Origin: Oceanispirochaeta sp.
GTDB taxonomy: Bacteria; Spirochaetota; Spirochaetia; DSM-2461
DNA length: 64,000 nucleotides
Direction of reading: 5' to 3'
NCBI GenBank assembly: GCA_963666275.2
Contig: CAXXOA010000002.1
Span: 1,664,001 to 1,728,000, forward strand
Positions 47,778 to 56,755 of the stretch are shown here, in pieces. Numbering within the stretch: the stretch's first letter is position 1; every line of letters begins with the position of its first letter. Both the position numbers and the translations under genes were made by a program. The notes beneath the pieces are model-generated. The model was given only the letters and a program-made list of their open reading frames with translations. It did no database searches and was not told where the DNA came from.

Positions 47778-48437
47778 TTACTCTGAGATGGTCTCTTTTT
47801 TTACTTCTAAAGCTGAAATTAAAAGATTGAACATAGTGTCGATTATACTTTCTGCATTTACAGAAAAACTCTTCTGGACCCAATCCCTTCTAATGTAAAT
47901 TTTTTGCATTGTAGCCTGAATCATGGAAACAATCGTTACAGCAGTTGTTTTGGGATCCCCGATTGTCCTTATCGATTTATCTATATATCCTCTTTCTATT
48001 ATTCCTTCAATATCTTCCATAAGCGAGTTTATTATTGTGAGGCATTGAACAGTATTCTCCGAAGGTGTTCCCAGTATGTTTGCCTCCAGATCAAGCAGGA
48101 GAGTTATGGCAAACTGATCAATGTGATCTTTGTAATAGCTGATAAATACATTTCTGAGAGTACAAAAGCATTCAAAGGCGGAACTTGTTTTTAAAGATAA
48201 AGCCTGATCAAAAACCCACTTAAGAGTTTTGTAAGCCTCAAGGATCATAACATGGGATATATTTTCTTTATAGGGGAAGTAATGATAAAGAGTTCGCCTG
48301 CTTAACTCCGCCCGGTCTGCAATATCCAGCATTGTTGTTTTCTCATAGCCCTTGGAAATGAAAAGTTCCCTGGCAGCTTTGAGAATTTCCTTTTCCCTGC
48401 TCTCTCTTTCTCTTTGTTTCCTTTCTTGAATTCCCAT
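47778..48437 (-). CDS. TetR/AcrR family regulator
   Basis: ILKAARELF.SKGYEKTTMLDIADRAELSRRTLYHYF HTH. Confidence 0.93.
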   Translation of the reverse strand: MGIQERKQRERESREKEILKAARELFISKGYEKTTMLDIADRAELSRRTLYHYFPYKENISHVMILEAYKTLKWVFDQALSLKTSSAFECFCTLRNVFISYYKDHIDQFAITLLLDLEANILGTPSENTVQCLTIINSLMEDIEGIIERGYIDKSIRTIGDPKTTAVTIVSMIQATMQKIYIRRDWVQKSFSVNAESIIDTMFNLLISALEVKKETISE

Positions 48438-48624
48438 TTACATAGTAAAAACTAGGACTGTTTCTTTTGTCAAGTTTAATCAAGGCCTAAAAAAAAAGGT
48501 CAGATATTTCACAACTGAAATAAACCTTATTAACAATAAGGAGAAATATCCGACCATGCTTACACATATTGTACACAAAATGCACATGCAGTGCAATGTT
48601 GTTTTTCAAATATACATCAAAAAA

Positions 48625-49323
48625 TTATTTTTCTATTGTATTCCAGTCCATTTCCTGGCCTATCTGTGCGGCCAGATTTTCCATGTCTCCGTCCGTGTGA
48701 TAGGCCATCTCAGCCTGGCTCATAATCACAGATCCTCCGGATTCACTGATCCTCACCGCATGATGATGGGAGGATTTTACGGGAAGCTCCAGAGTGCCCG
48801 ACGTGTCCTGAAGAGTAATGGATCCGTTACAGAGGCAGAAATAGGTTGTTGTGGGGTCTTCTTTGGTCAGGAAAAAGGATGTCCCCCGGATTCCTGCAAC
48901 CACATTGCCAGATTCCACCTGAAAAAGCCCCATCTCTTTCTTTATAAGGGTCGCTATATTTCTAAGCACTGCCGCGGCGGTACCTCTGTCCAGAGAGACC
49001 ATGGCTTCGGAAAAAGAGACTTTCAGCAGAGAATTTTCAAAAACCCTGATAATATTGCCTCCCAGGAAGGTGACTTCGCAGTAGGAGTCCGGGCCGGTGG
49101 ATATGACAGAACCGTCAGGGATGAGATCTCCTGTTTCGATAAGGCGTCCTCCCACCTTTACCTCTCCCTCCAGGGCAACAGCCCGTCCGTCAATGTTTGT
49201 ACGGGTGATATCTTTTTTTTCCTCTTTGCAGGAGAATAGACCGAGGCTGAGAGGAATTGTAAAAAGGACAATCATTATCCATTTCAGATGAGTAAACATG
49301 AATAGGCTCCTTATATTTTTCAT
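48625..49323 (-). CDS. FecR-domain lipoprotein
   Basis: Lipobox LFSC; ISTGPDSY.EV.F, IRVFENS, VAGIRGTSF. Confidence 0.75.
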   Translation of the reverse strand: MKNIRSLFMFTHLKWIMIVLFTIPLSLGLFSCKEEKKDITRTNIDGRAVALEGEVKVGGRLIETGDLIPDGSVISTGPDSYCEVTFLGGNIIRVFENSLLKVSFSEAMVSLDRGTAAAVLRNIATLIKKEMGLFQVESGNVVAGIRGTSFFLTKEDPTTTYFCLCNGSITLQDTSGTLELPVKSSHHHAVRISESGGSVIMSQAEMAYHTDGDMENLAAQIGQEMDWNTIEK

Positions 49324-49400
49324 TATATGGCCTTTTCCTGTATAATGCCTCAAGAAAACGAATTGAACAATCAAATTCATTCTGATACTATCGAACTACT

Positions 49401-50675
49401 ATGCTGGATTTTAAATTTATCAAAGACAACCTGGATGCCGTCCGGGAAAACATCAAGAACAGAAATGTTACGGCCAACCCCGAAAAGGTTGTTGAACTTT
49501 ACGATAGGCGGAATGAAGTTATCCGTGAGCTGGAGGACCTGCGCCGGCTGCGGAATGAAAATGCCGCCAAAATGAAGGGTAAGCTGGACCAGGATGTCCG
49601 GCAGACTCTCATTGCCGAAGGAAAAGCTCTGAAAGAGAAGATCGCCGGTGTGGAAGAGGCTATGGCTTCTCTGCTGGAGGAACTCAAAGCTGCCGCTCAG
49701 CTGATACCCAATATGGCCCATCCCGATGCCCCTGTGGGAAAAGAGGACAAGGACAATCTGGAGCTTCTGCGCTCGGGAGACGTTCCCTCTTTTGACTTCA
49801 AACCCAAAGATCATGTAGAGCTTGCGGAAGCTATGGATCTTGTGGATTTTGAAACCGCCGGAAGGGTATCGGGAGCCAAATTCTATTACCTTAAAAATGA
49901 AGCGGTTCTTCTGGAGCTGGCTCTGACCCGTTATGCTCTGGATATCCTCAGAGAGAAAGGGTTTATCCTGACAATCACTCCGGATATTGCCAGAGAAGAG
50001 ATCGCCGAAGGCATCGGATTCAATCCCCGGGGAGAAGAGTCCAACATCTATACCCTGGAGGGGACGGGAACCTGTCTGGTCGGTACCGCCGAAATCACTC
50101 TGGGTGGTTATCATGCCGGTCAGATGCTGGATCTTGCATCAGGACCGATCCTGATGGCCGGAGTTTCCCACTGTTTCAGAAGGGAAGCCGGAGCGGCCGG
50201 TCAGTACTCCAAGGGACTCTACAGAGTTCACCAGTTTACCAAAATAGAGATGTTCGCCTACTGTACCGAAGAGGAGTCTGATGATCTTCTTATGAAGCTG
50301 AGAGGCATTGAGGAAGAGATCTTCAGCGGATTGGAAATTCCCTTCCGTGTTGTCGATACTTGTACGGGAGACCTGGGTGGTCCGGCCTACAGGAAATTCG
50401 ACCTGGAAGCCTGGATGCCCGGAAGAGGCGACGAGGGAGACTGGGGCGAAGTGACAAGTACTTCCAACTGTACTGACTATCAGGCTAGAAGACTGGGGAT
50501 CCGATATAAAGGGGAAGATGGTAAAAACCGTTATGCCCATACCCTTAACGGAACAGCTATTGCTGTTTCCAGAGCCATAATCGCCATACTGGAGAATTTT
50601 CAGCAGGCTGACGGCTCCATCCGTATTCCCGAAAAACTGGTTCCCTATATGGGAATGAAAGAGATCCGCCGCTAG
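49401..50675 (+). CDS. serS: Serine--tRNA ligase
   Basis: MLDFKFI, GTAEI, CFRREAG, GLYRVHQFTKIE, SNCTDYQARRL, HTLNGTAIA. Confidence 0.97.
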   Translation: MLDFKFIKDNLDAVRENIKNRNVTANPEKVVELYDRRNEVIRELEDLRRLRNENAAKMKGKLDQDVRQTLIAEGKALKEKIAGVEEAMASLLEELKAAAQLIPNMAHPDAPVGKEDKDNLELLRSGDVPSFDFKPKDHVELAEAMDLVDFETAGRVSGAKFYYLKNEAVLLELALTRYALDILREKGFILTITPDIAREEIAEGIGFNPRGEESNIYTLEGTGTCLVGTAEITLGGYHAGQMLDLASGPILMAGVSHCFRREAGAAGQYSKGLYRVHQFTKIEMFAYCTEEESDDLLMKLRGIEEEIFSGLEIPFRVVDTCTGDLGGPAYRKFDLEAWMPGRGDEGDWGEVTSTSNCTDYQARRLGIRYKGEDGKNRYAHTLNGTAIAVSRAIIAILENFQQADGSIRIPEKLVPYMGMKEIRR

Positions 50676-50834
50676 GAAGGAACTTCGGGCTGAAGCCTTC
50701 CCTTTCGATAAAACTCCTTCCGTCCATTGTCAGATCTGCCGGGGCTGGTCCCCTCAGATAAACCGGGAGGAGTTTTTCTTTGTTTTTCAGACTGAGCTTT
50801 CCCTATCAGGAAGGCCCGGGATGGGAGAGACTGT

Positions 50835-51923
50835 ATGAACAGAAAAAGAATGGAGCTGATCGCCGAAATCGGAACAGCTCACCAGGGTGATCTCGGCCGG
50901 GCGGAAAAACTGATACGCCAGGCCGGCAGAGCCGGAGCGGACTGCCTTAAGTTTCAGATTGTTCTGGCCAGGGAGATCCTTCATCCCGATACGGGGCTGG
51001 TGGAGCTGCCCGGCGGTGCAACTCCTCTCTACGAGGTGTTTCAGTCGCTGGAGCGGGAAGACTCTTTCTATTCGGATCTCAAATCCATGACAGAAGCCGA
51101 GGGCCTAGAGTTCCTGGCAACTCCTTTCGGCCTGGAGAGTGCGGCTCTCCTGCGGGAACTCTCTCCCCGGCGGGTAAAAATCGCCTCTCCCGAGGTAAAT
51201 CATCTTCCCCTTCTGAGGGATGTGTCTTCCTGGGGTGTTCCGGTTCTGCTCTCTTCGGGGGTCTCTCTTCTGGGGGATCTTGAGGAAGCTCTGGATATCC
51301 TGGGGCGGGAGTCCACAACCATTCTTCATTGCGTCACATCCTATCCGGCTCCGGAAGAGGATTATAACCTCAATCTCCTCCCTCATCTCTCAGGATTGAT
51401 GGGAGTGCCCGTGGGGGTTTCAGATCATACTCTTGATCCTCTCCTGATTCCCTCTCTTGCCTTCATGAAGGGCGCCGGAATACTGGAAAAACATTTTACC
51501 CTGGACAGAAAGGATCCCGGACTGGATGATCCCATTGCACTGGATCCGGGAGATTTCCGGAAAATGCGTGACTTTCTGGATAAACTGGCTGATTTTGACT
51601 CTTCCGCTAAAGTTCTGAAGTCTCTGCAGGAGACATTCGGAACAGACAGGATGCAAAGCGCTCTGGGCCGGGGGGTAAAGACTCTGGCCGACAGTGAGCG
51701 GCAGAACTACGGACTGACCAACCGGAGTATACATGTGACCCGGGAGCTTCATCCCGGAATGGTTCTGAAACAGGAGGACCTTGCGGTTCTCCGAACGGAA
51801 AAGATCCTCCATCCGGGACTTCATCCCCGGTATCTGGAGCTTCTGCCCGGTAAAATAGTGAAACGATTCATCCCTTCCGGAGAAGGTCTGGTTTGGGAAG
51901 ATGTACTTGAAAAAGGAGACTGA
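50835..51923 (+). CDS. NeuB/SpsE family nonulosonate synthase with SAF domain
   Basis: IAEIG..H.G, KFQ, KIAS, HCVTSYP, SDHT, EKHFT; C-terminal SAF domain. Confidence 0.85.
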   Translation: MNRKRMELIAEIGTAHQGDLGRAEKLIRQAGRAGADCLKFQIVLAREILHPDTGLVELPGGATPLYEVFQSLEREDSFYSDLKSMTEAEGLEFLATPFGLESAALLRELSPRRVKIASPEVNHLPLLRDVSSWGVPVLLSSGVSLLGDLEEALDILGRESTTILHCVTSYPAPEEDYNLNLLPHLSGLMGVPVGVSDHTLDPLLIPSLAFMKGAGILEKHFTLDRKDPGLDDPIALDPGDFRKMRDFLDKLADFDSSAKVLKSLQETFGTDRMQSALGRGVKTLADSERQNYGLTNRSIHVTRELHPGMVLKQEDLAVLRTEKILHPGLHPRYLELLPGKIVKRFIPSGEGLVWEDVLEKGD

Positions 51924-51930
51924 ATACGCA

Positions 51931-53826
51931 ATGGCTATGATGAAAGATATAAGAACAGGTTTTGATGTGCTGGATCCTGAAACACCCCTGTTTAAAGATT
52001 CCCTGCCGACCTTCGAAGAGGTTCAGGAGGCGCTGAAACCCATGATCCTTTCCGCTTCAGGATGGAGAAAAGTTTTTGCTGCAGACGGTGATGAGGAAAG
52101 TGTCTGTCCCGACCTGACGGCAGCGGATACCTTTCTCTGCGCTGCCATGGCGGAAGTGTTTACTGCCTACCTGAGAGAAGTAGCGGAAAAAGAGAATCCA
52201 CTGGTCATCCTGGGAATGGACGCCCGGTATACAGGGCCTGCCATGGCGGATGCCATGCTCCGGGTTCTGCTGGCCCGTGGGGTTCAGGTCAGATTTCTGT
52301 ATATATCGGCGGCACCCGAGCTGATGGCCTATGCGGGGCAGTGCAGCGGGGTGGACGGATTCATCTACATTTCGGCCAGTCATAATCCCATCGGACACAA
52401 CGGAGTCAAGTTCGGACTGAATACCGGAGGAGTTCTGGAAGGATCTCAGGCCTCCCGACTGATAGAACTATACAGGGATTTTCTTTCAGATCCTCTGAAT
52501 ATAGCCTCATTGACAGAGCTTTGCGATTCGGTTTCCAGCGATGATATAACTCTCTGTGCGACAGAGATTCCCCGCTGGAAAGGCGAGGCGGAGAATGTCT
52601 ACAGGTCTTTTACTTCCCGGGTGATTTCGGGTGAGGAAGAGGAAGAGAAACAGAGGGTTCTGGAAAACCGCCTGAAACAGGGAATCGCGTCCTCTCCTTT
52701 AGGGGTTGTCGCTGAGCTGAACGGCAGTGCCAGAACTCTCAGTATCGACAATGCCTATCTGTCCTCCCTGGGGATCGCTGTTGTTTCGGTCAATGATGAG
52801 CCGCGTCAGATCAGCCATAGAATTGTCCCCGAAGGGGAGTCTCTGAATCTCTGCCGGGATACTCTGGAGAAAGAGTCTCAGAAAGATCCTTCCTTTCAGC
52901 TGGGATATGTTCCCGACAATGACGGAGACAGGGGGAACCTTGTCTATCTGAACAGCCGGACCGGTAAGGCCGAGATTCTGGAAGCCCAGGAGGTTTTTGC
53001 CCTGTCGGTTCTGGCAGAACTGGCTTATCTGGACTGGAGCGGCCTGCTGGACTGTCAAACCGCTGTAGCCGTAAACGGCCCCACCTCGGGCAGGATCGAT
53101 GAGATTGCCAGGTTTTTCGACAGTTCCGTTTTCAGGGCGGAAGTGGGGGAAGCCAATGTGGTGAATCTGGCCAGAGAGAAAAGAGCTGCCGGATGGCAGG
53201 TCAGGATCCTGGGGGAGGGGTCAAACGGAGGAAACATTACCTATCCTGCGGCTGTGAGGGACCCTCTGAATACCCTGGGAGCTCTTCTGAAGCTGCTGAC
53301 CCTGAGAACAGAGGGGGATAAACCGGGACTCTATCATATCTGGTGCATCAGAAGCGGCCAGCCCGGAAAATACAGGGAGGATTTTACCCTGACCCATATT
53401 CTGGAATCCCTGCCTGCCTACACAACGACCAGTGCCTATGAACCCAGGGCTCTTATGCAGATAAAAACCACCGATCATGCCCTTCTGAAGAGTCGGTATG
53501 AAGAGGTTTTTGCCGGAGAGTGGGAGCTGAAAAAGGAAGAACTGGAAAAAAAATTCGGGATCTGTTCCTGGCAGGAGTGGAATCAGGAGGGCACTGTCTC
53601 CCGTCAGGGTGTGGGTCCCTCTTTCCGCTCGGGAGCCGAAAAAGGCGGGCTTACGATCCGATTCCTGGACAGCAGGGAAAGCTGCACAGGGTATATCTGG
53701 ATGAGGGGCAGCGGGACCGAACCGGTGTTCCGGGTGATGGCGGACTGGAAGGGGAAGGACGCTTCCGGTGAGGAGTATTTCCTGGAATGGCATAAAAGTA
53801 TGATACGGAAGGCAGATGAATCGTAA
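51931..53826 (+). CDS. Phosphohexomutase (PGM/PMM family)
   Basis: SASHNP, DNDGDR, GEGSNGG, RGSGTEP. Confidence 0.88.
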   Translation: MAMMKDIRTGFDVLDPETPLFKDSLPTFEEVQEALKPMILSASGWRKVFAADGDEESVCPDLTAADTFLCAAMAEVFTAYLREVAEKENPLVILGMDARYTGPAMADAMLRVLLARGVQVRFLYISAAPELMAYAGQCSGVDGFIYISASHNPIGHNGVKFGLNTGGVLEGSQASRLIELYRDFLSDPLNIASLTELCDSVSSDDITLCATEIPRWKGEAENVYRSFTSRVISGEEEEEKQRVLENRLKQGIASSPLGVVAELNGSARTLSIDNAYLSSLGIAVVSVNDEPRQISHRIVPEGESLNLCRDTLEKESQKDPSFQLGYVPDNDGDRGNLVYLNSRTGKAEILEAQEVFALSVLAELAYLDWSGLLDCQTAVAVNGPTSGRIDEIARFFDSSVFRAEVGEANVVNLAREKRAAGWQVRILGEGSNGGNITYPAAVRDPLNTLGALLKLLTLRTEGDKPGLYHIWCIRSGQPGKYREDFTLTHILESLPAYTTTSAYEPRALMQIKTTDHALLKSRYEEVFAGEWELKKEELEKKFGICSWQEWNQEGTVSRQGVGPSFRSGAEKGGLTIRFLDSRESCTGYIWMRGSGTEPVFRVMADWKGKDASGEEYFLEWHKSMIRKADES

Positions 53827-54454
53827 ATTCCCCGGAATAAGAACTATACTTTTTGATGTGGATAATACTCTCTATGATGCCGAGTGCGGTGTGGAAACCG
53901 AAATGAGCCGCAGGATCGATCTGTTTGTCTGTGAGTTTCTGGGAGTCAGCCAGGCGGAATCCCGGGAACTGAGGGCCCGGTATCTTCCTGTTTACGGGAC
54001 CACCCTCCGATGGCTTCAGGTCTGTCACGGCATGGATGATGTTGACAGGTATATGGATGAGGTTCATCCGAAAAACCTGGAGGACTATATAGAGAAGAAT
54101 CATCAGCTCCGGGAGATGCTGCAGGGGCTGACTCAGGATCTGGTTGTCTTTACGAACGGACCTGAGTTTCATGCCCGCAGAGTGCTTATAACTCTGGGGA
54201 TTGAAGATCTCTTTCCCTACTTTTTTTCACTGGAGCATATGGGGTTTCAGGGGAAACCCTATGAATCGGCCTATCAGCTGGTTCTTGATAAAATGGATAT
54301 CAGAGCGGAGGAAACCCTTTTTCTTGATGATAAAGAGGTGAATCTGGATACCTTTCAGACAATGGGGGGGCACGGTATCCTTGTGGGATCACAGAAGAGT
54401 TCCCGGAAGTATCCGGTTATAGAAACGATACTCGGCTTGAAAGAGTACCTTTAG
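53816..54454 (+). CDS. Pyrimidine 5'-nucleotidase-like HAD hydrolase
   Basis: FDVDNTLY, YGTTL..L, FTNG, GKP, FLDD. Confidence 0.85.
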   Translation: MNRKFPGIRTILFDVDNTLYDAECGVETEMSRRIDLFVCEFLGVSQAESRELRARYLPVYGTTLRWLQVCHGMDDVDRYMDEVHPKNLEDYIEKNHQLREMLQGLTQDLVVFTNGPEFHARRVLITLGIEDLFPYFFSLEHMGFQGKPYESAYQLVLDKMDIRAEETLFLDDKEVNLDTFQTMGGHGILVGSQKSSRKYPVIETILGLKEYL

Positions 54455-54466
54455 AGGGGTTTATAT

Positions 54467-55402
54467 ATGATAAAGAAAGAATTTCCCGGCGAAGATAAGA
54501 AAGAGGCTATGAAGGATTTGACCCGGGACAGACGGTATCATTTTTTCCTTGCCGGAGGAGATGTGCGGGGTGTGCTTATTCACGGCACCCGTATGGTCCG
54601 GGAGATGAAGAATAATCATGAACTGGGCGTCCTTGAGACTATCGTTCTGGGGCAGGCCTATCTCGGTACCGCCCTGATGGCTGCGGGCCTCAAGGAAGAC
54701 GGCGTGGTTCAGCTTAAGGTTGAGTGCGGCGGTCCTCTGCAGGGGCTTTCTGTGGAGGGGGATTCCCATGGAACTGTCAGGGGCTATCTTGTCCAGAATC
54801 CCATTCCCCTTGAGAAGGCTCCCGATACCCTGGATACTTCAGGCCTTTTCGGCCCCGGTTTTCTGTCTGTTACACGGTATACAGTGAAAAGCGGGAAGCC
54901 TTTTACAAGTCAGGTGATGCTGAAGTCGGGCCGCCTGGGAGAGGAACTGGCCGGTTATTATATGGAGTCCGAACAGATTCCCACTGTATTCAATCTGAGT
55001 GTGCAGCTCGACAGAAACGGTGAGGTTGCCGGAGCGGCAGGTCTGTTCCTCCAGGCTATGCCCGGCAGCGATGAGGGCGTTCTGGAAGAGGTTCAGAATG
55101 CGGCGGTTTCCCTGCCTTCCCTGGGCGGTGCCATTGACAGCAGTACGGATATTTCCGTTTTTCTGCAGGAGGCTTTCGGTGATTTTCAGCCTCGTCTGCT
55201 CTCGGATAAACGGGTGGAGTTCTTCTGCAACTGCGAGAGAGACCGGTTCAGACAGTTTCTTATGAATCTCTCGGATGGGGAGAAGACGGAAATCATGGCG
55301 AAAGGGCCCTTTCCTCTGATCACCACCTGTTTCAACTGCAATACCTCCTATGAGTTTGATAAGCAGGAGCTGGATGAGATCTTCAGGGATTCCGTCGAGT
55401 AG
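54467..55402 (+). CDS. hslO: Hsp33 redox-regulated chaperone
   Basis: GPLQGL, YYMESEQIPT, LFLQAMPG; C-terminal CNC...CFNC zinc motif. Confidence 0.92.
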   Translation: MIKKEFPGEDKKEAMKDLTRDRRYHFFLAGGDVRGVLIHGTRMVREMKNNHELGVLETIVLGQAYLGTALMAAGLKEDGVVQLKVECGGPLQGLSVEGDSHGTVRGYLVQNPIPLEKAPDTLDTSGLFGPGFLSVTRYTVKSGKPFTSQVMLKSGRLGEELAGYYMESEQIPTVFNLSVQLDRNGEVAGAAGLFLQAMPGSDEGVLEEVQNAAVSLPSLGGAIDSSTDISVFLQEAFGDFQPRLLSDKRVEFFCNCERDRFRQFLMNLSDGEKTEIMAKGPFPLITTCFNCNTSYEFDKQELDEIFRDSVE

Positions 55403-55554
55403 CTCCCTTTCTCCTCCCGGAGGCAACAGCATCCCTGCCGGAAGGATCATTTTTTTTCTTATTTCTGGAATTATATGATTTTATAGGGATTTCCTTGTGG
55501 AACCGAGCCTGTATAAACTAAAATTTAAATTGAAGTCTATACAGGAGGTTTTGT

Positions 55555-56751
55555 ATGAACGCAAAAGGGTCATTTCCTCTTCTCTTTCCCCTTTTCCTTC
55601 TACTGGCAATACTACTCACTTCCTGTGTCACCAGGGACAGTGAGAATTCTGCAGACGAGACCCTGTGGTCCGATCCCGAACTGGGAGAGAACTATCACGA
55701 TCCCCCCCTGCCTGAAATCCGCCCGGAAGGCCTGACATCCTATGAACTGACCAATATGAAGGTCTATAACCAGAATATCCGTTCGATTGTGAATATTACC
55801 ACTGTGAACCTCTACGGTTCCCGCTACCTGGGCTCCTACTCCATGGAAGGCAGCGGCTCGGGAGTCATCATTTCCGAAAAAGGGTATATCCTGACAAACC
55901 GTCATGTTGTGAACGGGGCTGATCTTGTGGTGGTAACCCTTTATGACGGGACCAACTATCAGGCAAAAAAAATCGGCAGCGATCCCGAAAATGATCTGGC
56001 TATTCTTAAACTGGATCCGAAAGGCAGGGAACTTCACGTTATCAAACCGGGAAAAGCCGGTGATCTTCAGGTGGGACAGGTTGTGCTGGCTCTGGGAAAT
56101 CCTTTCGGTCTGGAAGGAACTCTGACCATAGGAATTGTTTCGGGACTGAACCGCCCCGTTCAGACAGAGGACGGATTTCTGCTGAAAAGCATGATACAGA
56201 CCGATGCGGCCATCAATCCGGGAAACTCCGGAGGAGCTCTGCTCAACTCCCGGGGTGAGCTGGTAGGGATTAATACGATGATTATGGCAAAAGAGGGGTC
56301 GGGAAGTCTCGGCATCGGATTTGCCATTCCCGTGGAGACCGCTTTGAGAGTGGCTCCCGAACTGATCGCCAACGGAAGGGTTCAGAGAGGCTGGATTGAT
56401 ATAGAAGCCCTGTCGCTGACACCGAATCTTGCCAGCCAGCTGGAGATCCCCTTTCTGGATTACGGTGTGATGATTACCACTGTTATCAAGGGAGGCAATG
56501 CCGAGAAGGCCGGTCTGATCGGCGGGACCGAACGGAGAGGGGTCGGGCTGGGCCTCAACAGTGTTCTGGTGGGAGGAGACATAATTGTGAGTCTCAATGG
56601 CAATCCCATCAAGAATGTTCTGGATTACTTCTACGTTCTGGAGAGTTCCCGGCCGGGTGATCAATATCTGATTGAATTTATACGGGAGGGGAAAAAGCTG
56701 GAAGCGGAACTGATCCTGTCAGAGCGTCCCGCCCATTACAGGCACCAGTAG
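55555..56751 (+). CDS. HtrA/DegP-like serine protease lipoprotein with PDZ domain
   Basis: Lipobox LTSC; GSGVI, TNRHV, DLA, QTDAAINPGNSGG. Confidence 0.93.
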   Translation: MNAKGSFPLLFPLFLLLAILLTSCVTRDSENSADETLWSDPELGENYHDPPLPEIRPEGLTSYELTNMKVYNQNIRSIVNITTVNLYGSRYLGSYSMEGSGSGVIISEKGYILTNRHVVNGADLVVVTLYDGTNYQAKKIGSDPENDLAILKLDPKGRELHVIKPGKAGDLQVGQVVLALGNPFGLEGTLTIGIVSGLNRPVQTEDGFLLKSMIQTDAAINPGNSGGALLNSRGELVGINTMIMAKEGSGSLGIGFAIPVETALRVAPELIANGRVQRGWIDIEALSLTPNLASQLEIPFLDYGVMITTVIKGGNAEKAGLIGGTERRGVGLGLNSVLVGGDIIVSLNGNPIKNVLDYFYVLESSRPGDQYLIEFIREGKKLEAELILSERPAHYRHQ

Positions 56752-56755
56752 GACT

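Noticed and set aside
48556..49239. 227-aa + strand ORF after the duplicated RBS
   Set aside because: Almost entirely antisense to the FecR-domain gene, with no recognisable motifs
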